Of a stretch of 64,000 nucleotides of DNA, positions 57,601-64,000 are shown one piece after another (position 1 is the stretch's first letter; the number at the start of each line of letters is the position of its first letter). Source of the DNA: Macrostomum lignano (taxonomy: Eukaryota); NCBI GenBank assembly GCA_002269645.1, contig NIVC01001322.1:62001-126000 (forward strand), read 5' to 3'. Below the pieces are notes generated by a model, which was given only the letters and a program-made list of their open reading frames with translations, searched no databases and was not told where the DNA came from. Both the position numbers and the translations under genes were made by a program.

Positions 57601-60600
57601 ATTCTGTGTCACGTCATCCCGATTCTCATGATTCTGTGTGTTGTCGTCCTGATTCTCATGATTATGTGTGTTGTCATCCTGATTCTCATGATTCTGTGTG
57701 TTGTCATGTCATCCTGATTCTCATGATCCTCACCTGTTCTCATCCTGATTCTCATGATTCTGTGTGTTGTCATCCTGATTCTCATGATTCTGTGTCTTGT
57801 CATCCTGATTCTCATGATTCTCTTTTGTTCTCATCCCAATCATCATGATTCTCACATGCTCTCATCCCAATCATTATGATTCTCACCTGCTCTCATCCCG
57901 ATTCTCATGATTCTGTGTGTTGTCATCCTGATTCTCATGATTCTCTCCTGTTCTCATCCCAATCATCATGATTGTCACATGCTCTCATCCCAATCATCAT
58001 GATTCTCACCTGCTCTCATCCCAATCATCATGATTCTCACCTGCTCTCATCCCGATTCTCATGATTCTGTGTGTTTTCATCCTGATTCTCATGATTCTCT
58101 CCTGTTCTCATCCCAACCATCATGATTCTCACATGTTCTCATCCCAATCATCATGATTCTCACCTGCTCTCATCCCAATCATCATGATTCTCACCTGCTC
58201 TCATCCCGATCATCATGATTCTCACCTGCTCTCATCCCAATCATCATGATTCTCACCTGCTGTCATCCCGATCATCATGATTCTCACCTGCTGTCATCCC
58301 GATCATCATGATTCTCACCTGCTGTCATCCCGATCATCATGATTCTCACCTGCTGTCATCCCGATCATCATGATTCTCACCTGTTCTCATCCTGATTCTT
58401 ACATACTCTTATCATGATTCTCACCTGCTCTTATCCCTATCATCATGATTCTCACCTGCTCTTATCCCAATCACCATGATTCTCACCTGCTCTTATCCCA
58501 ATCATCATGATTCTCACCTGCTCTCATCCCGATTCTCATGATTCTGTGTGTTGTCATCCTGATTCTCATGATTCTGTGTGTTGTCATCCTGATTCTCATG
58601 ATTCTGTGTGTTGTCATCCTGATTTCATGATTCTGTGTGTTGTCATTCTGATTCTTATGATTCTGTGTGTTGTCATCCTGATTCTCATGATTCTGTTTGT
58701 TTTCATCCTGATTTTCATGATTCTGTGTCACGTCATCCCGATTCTTATGATTCTCTTTTGTTCTCATCCCAATCATCATGATTCTCACATGCTCTCATCC
58801 CAATCATTATGATTCTCACCTGCTCTCATCCCGATTCTCATGATTCTCTCCTGTTCTCATCCCAATCATCATGATTCTCACCTGCTCTCATCCCGATTCT
58901 CATGATTCTGTGTGTTTTCATCCTGATTCTCATGATTCTCTCCTGTTCTCATCCCAACCATCATGATTCTCACATGTTCTCATCCCAATCATCATGATTC
59001 TCACCTGCTCTCATCCCAATCATCATGATTCTCACCTGCTCTCATCCCGATCATCATGATTCTCACCTGCTCTCATCCCAATCATCATGATTCTCACCTG
59101 CTGTCATCCCGATCATCATGATTCTCACCTGCTGTCATCCCGATCATCATGATTCTCACCTGCTGTCATCCTGATCATCATGATTCTCACCTGTTCTCAT
59201 CCTGATTCTTACATACTCTTATCATGATTCTCACCTGCTCTTATCCCTATCATCATGATTCTCACCTGCTCTTATCCCAATCACCATGATTCTCACCTGC
59301 TCTTATCCCAATCATCATGATTCTCACCTGCTCTCATCCCGATTCTCATGATTCTGTGTGTTGTCATCCTGATTCTCATGATTCTGTGTGTTGTCGTCCT
59401 GATTCTCATGATTCTGTGTGTTGTCATCCTGATTCTCATGATTCTGTGTGTTGTCATCCTGATTCTCATGATTCTGTTTGTTGTCATCCTGATTTTCATG
59501 ATTCTGTGTCACGTCATCCCGATTCTCATGATTCTGTGTGTTGTCGTCCTGATTCTCATGATTATGTGTGTTGTCATCCTGATTCTCATGATTCTGTGTG
59601 TTGTCATCCTGATTCTCATGATTCTCACCTGTTCTCATCCTGATTCTCATGATTCTGTGTGTTGTCATCCTGATTCTCATGATTCTGTGTCTTGTCATCC
59701 TGATTCTCATGATTCTCTTTTGTTCTCATCCCAATCATCATGATTCTCACATGCTCTCATCCCAATCATTATGATTCTCACCTGCTCTCATCCCGATTCT
59801 CATGATTCTGTGTGTTGTCATCCTGATTCTCATGATTCTCTCCTGTTCTCATCCCAATCATCATGATTGTCACATGCTCTCATCCCAATCATCATGATTC
59901 TCACCTGCTCTCATCCCAATCATCATGATTCTCACCTGCTCTCATCCCGATTCTCATGATTCTGTGTGTTTTCATCCTGATTCTCATGATTCTCTCCTGT
60001 TCTCATCCCAACCATCATGATTCTCACATGTTCTCATCCCAATCATCATGATTCTCACCTGCTCTCATCCCAATCATCATGATTCTCACCTGCTCTCATC
60101 CCAATCATCATGATTCTCACCTGCTGTCATCCCGATCATCATGATTCTCACCTGCTGTCATCCCGATCATCATGATTCTCACCTGCTGTCATCCCGATCA
60201 TCATGATTCTCACCTGCTGTCATCCCGATCATCATGATTCTCACCTGTTCTCATCCTGATTCTTACATACTCTTATCATGATTCTCACCTGCTCTTATCC
60301 CTATCATCATGATTCTCTCCTGCTCTTATCCCAATCACCATGATTCTCACCTGCTCTTATCCCAATCATCATGATTCTCACCTGATCTCATCCCAATCAT
60401 CATGATTCTCACATGCTCTCATCCCAATCATCATGATTCTCACCTGCTGTCATCCCAATCATCATGATTCTCACCTGATCTTATCCCAATCATCGTGATT
60501 CTCACATGCTCTCATCCCAATCATCATGATTCTCACCTGATCTCATCCCAATCATCATGATTCTCACCTGCTCTCATCCCAATCATCATGATTCTCACCT

Positions 60601-61435
60601 GCTGTCATCCCAATCATCATGATTCTCACCTGATCTTATCCCAATCATCGTGATTCTCACATGCTCTCATCCCAATCATCATGATTCTCACCTGATCTCA
60701 TCCCAATCATCATGATTCTCACCTGCTCTCATCCCAATCATCATGATTCTCACCTGCTCTCATCCCGATCATCATGATTCTCACCTGCTGTCATCCTGAT
60801 CATCATGATTCTCACCTGCTGTCATCCCGATCATCATGATTCTCACCTGCTGTCATCCCGATCATCATGATTCTCACCTGCTGTCATCCCGATCATCATG
60901 ATTCTCACCTGCTGTCATCCCGATCATCATGATTCTCACCTGTTCTCATCCTGATTCTTACATACTCTTATCATGATTCTCACCTGCTCTTATCCCTATC
61001 ATCATGATTCTCTCCTGCTCTTATCCCAATCACCATGATTCTCACCTGCTCTTATCCCAATCATCATGATTCTCACCTGATCTCATCCCAATCATCATGA
61101 TTCTCACATGCTCTCATCCCAATCATCATTATTCTCACCTGTTCTCATCCTGATTCTTACATACTCTTATCATGATTCTCACCTGCTCTCATCCCAATCA
61201 TCATGATTCTCACCTGCTGTCATCCCAATCATCATGATTCTCACCTGATCTTATCCCAATCATCGTGATTCTCACATGCTCTCATCCCAATCATCATTAT
61301 TCTCACCTGTTTTCATTCACATCATCATGATTACCACCTGTTCTCATCCCGATCATGATTCTCACCTGATCTCATCCCATCATCATGATTACCACCTGTT
61401 CTCATCCCGATCATCATGAGTCTCTCCTGTTCCGA
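48645..61435. repeat. 12.8-kb complex satellite of 22/30/31-bp monomers (core TCATCC(C/T)GATTCTCATGATTC) with nested higher-order repeats
   Basis: Directly visible. Recurring landmark CTTACATACTCTTATC, and identical ORF blocks offset by 1240, 810, 4935 and 4995 bp. Confidence 0.98.
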
Positions 61436-62187
61436 TCCAGATTTAGCAATATCCATCTGTGAACGCTACTTGTTTTTACATTCTGCCTACTTTAATTCAT
61501 GTATTCTAACTTTGTCCCCCTGTCTACATGTGTCTGCATAGCTGAGTAGCTATTCATGCTAAGGAATTGTCATAGGCAAGCTAGCTGTGCACTACAATAG
61601 AACTGCACAAGAATTGAAGAGATGCATACTAAGGAACAATATCTCAGGTCTAATTTTGCTATCTAGTCTGACACTGGAGTGTAGCGGGTAATGCCTATTA
61701 TGGCAGCCCTCTGCCTATTGGCTGTAGACAGAGAGCAATGATACAAGTACATTTTCTTTCTGTTATTCCAAAATGGTCATGCAGGCAGTCCGCATATCGT
61801 GCGTTAGGCTTGGGGTTGGTAGCCGGAGTTAGGGCTGGGAAAGAGATTGAGAAATTTACCTGTACTAATATCACAAGCTTAAGAGTCGATGGCAGCATTT
61901 TCTGGTTCATAGGAATTGAAACTTGTAATTGGATATTTTTTCTCTACCCTGCTTTGAATTGCTTCGCTCTATGATTGTAAGTAATCGTTGTTCTAAATAC
62001 TTTTCATAGGTCATAATTTCTAAAGTGTAGTTACTTTGTACTTTGATTAAAGTGATACTATGTATGGTTTTTAGTTAACTCTCGTTGCTGCCCATTCCGC
62101 CGACTCCCCTGAGCAGGCACACACCAAGGACGACTTAAGTAGAAGGACGGGAAACCTCGTTTCTTAGAAAAATTTTTTAAGGCCGGC

Positions 62188-62700
62188 TTTTCCCGAAAAA
62201 ATACACTACAGAGATAGGAGGCAGATCCAGTGTTTATCTTTTGATATGCTGTGCCTTTCTTATTGCTCTATCGATATTCATAAAGCTTTCCGTTCAAAGA
62301 CTTAGAATTCTATGTTAATTTTTATTCTACATACATTTCCTGTACCTAAAAATCATAAAAATGCATGGCACAGTTCCAATCTTTGGTTTTATGAATCTAT
62401 TTTGTCATCTCTGTTACAACTATTTGTAACACAGTCAGCTAAGAAGGATTAAATAGACTCTTAAATAGTGCCATTTTAATGGTTTTTAGGCACAAGACAC
62501 GTGCAAATGTACGTAGAATAAAAAATTAACATAGAATCCTAAGTCTTTGAACGAAAAGCTTTATGAATATCGATAGAGCAATAAAAAAGGCACAACATAT
62601 CAAAAGATGAACACTGGATCTGCCTCCTATCAAAAGCAATAGCAATTTTTGTGCTGAAAAAGTGAAAACTTCCTAACTCCGTAGTGTATTTTTTCGGCGA
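62188..62700. mobile_element. MITE/foldback-like element with ~125-bp inverted arms
   Basis: 62213-62338 is the reverse complement of 62505-62631 with a few mismatches. Outer segments 62190-62212 and 62678-62700 also pair. Confidence 0.75.
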
Positions 62701-63260
62701 ATAAAATAGCGAGAGGATTTTTTATTATGTAGTATTGATATCACTCAGTGGATAGTGACCCCTCCCCTATATTCCTATCTGTTCCTATTGGATACAAGTA
62801 TTCAGTAAGACCGCGTTTTTTGTTATTACTACTATGGCCAATATTGAGCGCAGAATTTTTGATTACTAATTTAAGTCTTGCAGTCCAAGATCTGGATCTA
62901 GTTAGTAATCTAGCTAAATCATGGACACTTACCCTGCCCCACTATTTTTCAAGCTAAGTAAACAAAAATCATAACATTCTGTTCTGAGCATTGAGCAAAA
63001 ACCTTCTAGTTAGTCTTGATTGATAAGTATAGTTTTACAACATGCAAGATCAGTGTGGTAGTTTCATTTTTTGTACCTAGAAACCACGCCTGTCGAATGT
63101 AGCACTATAAACATCGAAATTCGACAATAAATAAATAAGACAATCATAATTTTCAGACAAAAACTACGGATTTTCAACAATGTAGTCTTCACTAAGCATT
63201 TGTTATCAGCTGTTCAGGCTAGCTTACTAGTGTTCAACATTTACTTGGGAGAACTGTTCA

Positions 63261-63662
63261 ATGAGTACGGCATCAACGCTTGTCAATGGCGGCGGCGGTA
63301 GCAGCGGTGGCGGCTCCGTCACCGAGCTATCGTTAGCTGAACTTCGCGACATCGCCGCCCGTCAGCAGGCTCGCATCGACGCCCAGCTCAACGATTTAAG
63401 GCATCGTCAGCTGGCTTTGAACCGGCTGCGCAAAGACAGCAACGGATTAACGAATGGCGGAGGCCTTGCTGCCGCTGTTGAAGATCGCGACAATCGATTG
63501 AATCGGCTTCGCTTGCAACGGAAACAGCTGGACGAATATCGGCAGGCCAATGCCCAGCTGGCTGCCCAGCTGGCCCAAGCTCGCGACGCGTTTCAACGTC
63601 GTTCGGAGGAACTGGCGAAGCTAGACCAGCGAGTGGAGGCTATGCAGAAGCTGGCGGAGTCG
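63261..63662 (+). CDS. ASPP: ASPP family (PPP1R13B/TP53BP2-like) protein, N-terminal coiled-coil exon; gene continues beyond the window
   Basis: ELSLAELRDIAARQQARIDAQ...EDRDNRLNRLRLQRKQLDEYRQANAQLAAQL resembles ASPP1/2 [21 protein letters not shown]...EAQENKLKKIRAMRGQVD (recalled from memory). Donor GTGAGT at 63663. Confidence 0.8.
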
Positions 63663-63764
63663 GTGAGTGTGAGCATAGGCTCCTTTGAATTGTGTTTAAA
63701 AGGAAACCTCTCGATTTTAGCCTCTTCTTAGACAGAGTATCTGCAAAGCCTAGCATAAGAGGGC

Positions 63765-64000
63765 CGCCCATCTAAGAGACAGGGGCGCCCATCTAAGAGA
63801 CAGGGCCGCCCATCTAAGAGACAGGGGCGCCCATCTAAGAGACAGGGGCGCCCATCTAGAGACAAAGCGCCCATCTAAGAGACAGGGGCGCCCATCTAAG
63901 AGACAGGGGCGCCCATCTAAGAGACGGGGGCGCCCATCTAAGAGACAGGGGCGCCCATCTAGAGACGTGCGCCGATCTAAGAGACAGGGGCGCCCATCTA
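63765..64000. repeat. 21-bp minisatellite (AAGAGACAGGGGCGCCCATCT)n in the ASPP intron, truncated by the window end
   Basis: Directly visible; related to 11095-11420. Confidence 0.95.

Noticed and set aside
49926-59743. His/Cys/Asp-rich (CCHPDSHDSV)n and hydrophobic (ILMILCVV)n ORFs as metal-binding or membrane proteins
   Set aside because: Products of the 30-bp satellite monomer, broken wherever 22/31-bp units intervene; no gene structure.
61698-61974. RYADC as a reverse-transcriptase YADD motif
   Set aside because: The motif is imperfect and the flanking RT motifs (QG..LSP, LG) are absent.

Overview
Eukaryotic (animal) genomic DNA with GC-rich exons and AT-rich introns full of minisatellites. 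The style suggests a free-living flatworm such as Macrostomum, but this is inference. I assembled nine protein-coding loci by hand using GT-AG junctions with consistent phase: (1-2) a head-to-head pair of uncharacterised paralogues built from a ~35-aa 'P-x-P-R-V-R-P-E-A' repeat, with RFX X-box-like motifs; (3) a compact TMEM74/neurensin-family protein; (4) a 12+-exon kainate-like ionotropic glutamate receptor; (5) an orphan Cys/Pro/Gly-rich protein; (6) a 9-exon SLC6 proline-transporter-like gene on the minus strand; (7) a disrupted C-type lectin + PAN/apple gene; (8) an NMNAT with alternative 3' ends; (9) the first exon of an ASPP-like gene that runs off the window. About a third of the window is tandem repeat, including a 12.8-kb satellite with nested higher-order repeats. 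Also present are tRNA-derived SINEs of at least three types (one with a CORE-like domain), foldback/MITE-like elements and a Tc1/IS630-type transposase relic. No rRNA, intact tRNA or CRISPR array was seen. Most long ORFs in the supplied track are repeat artefacts.
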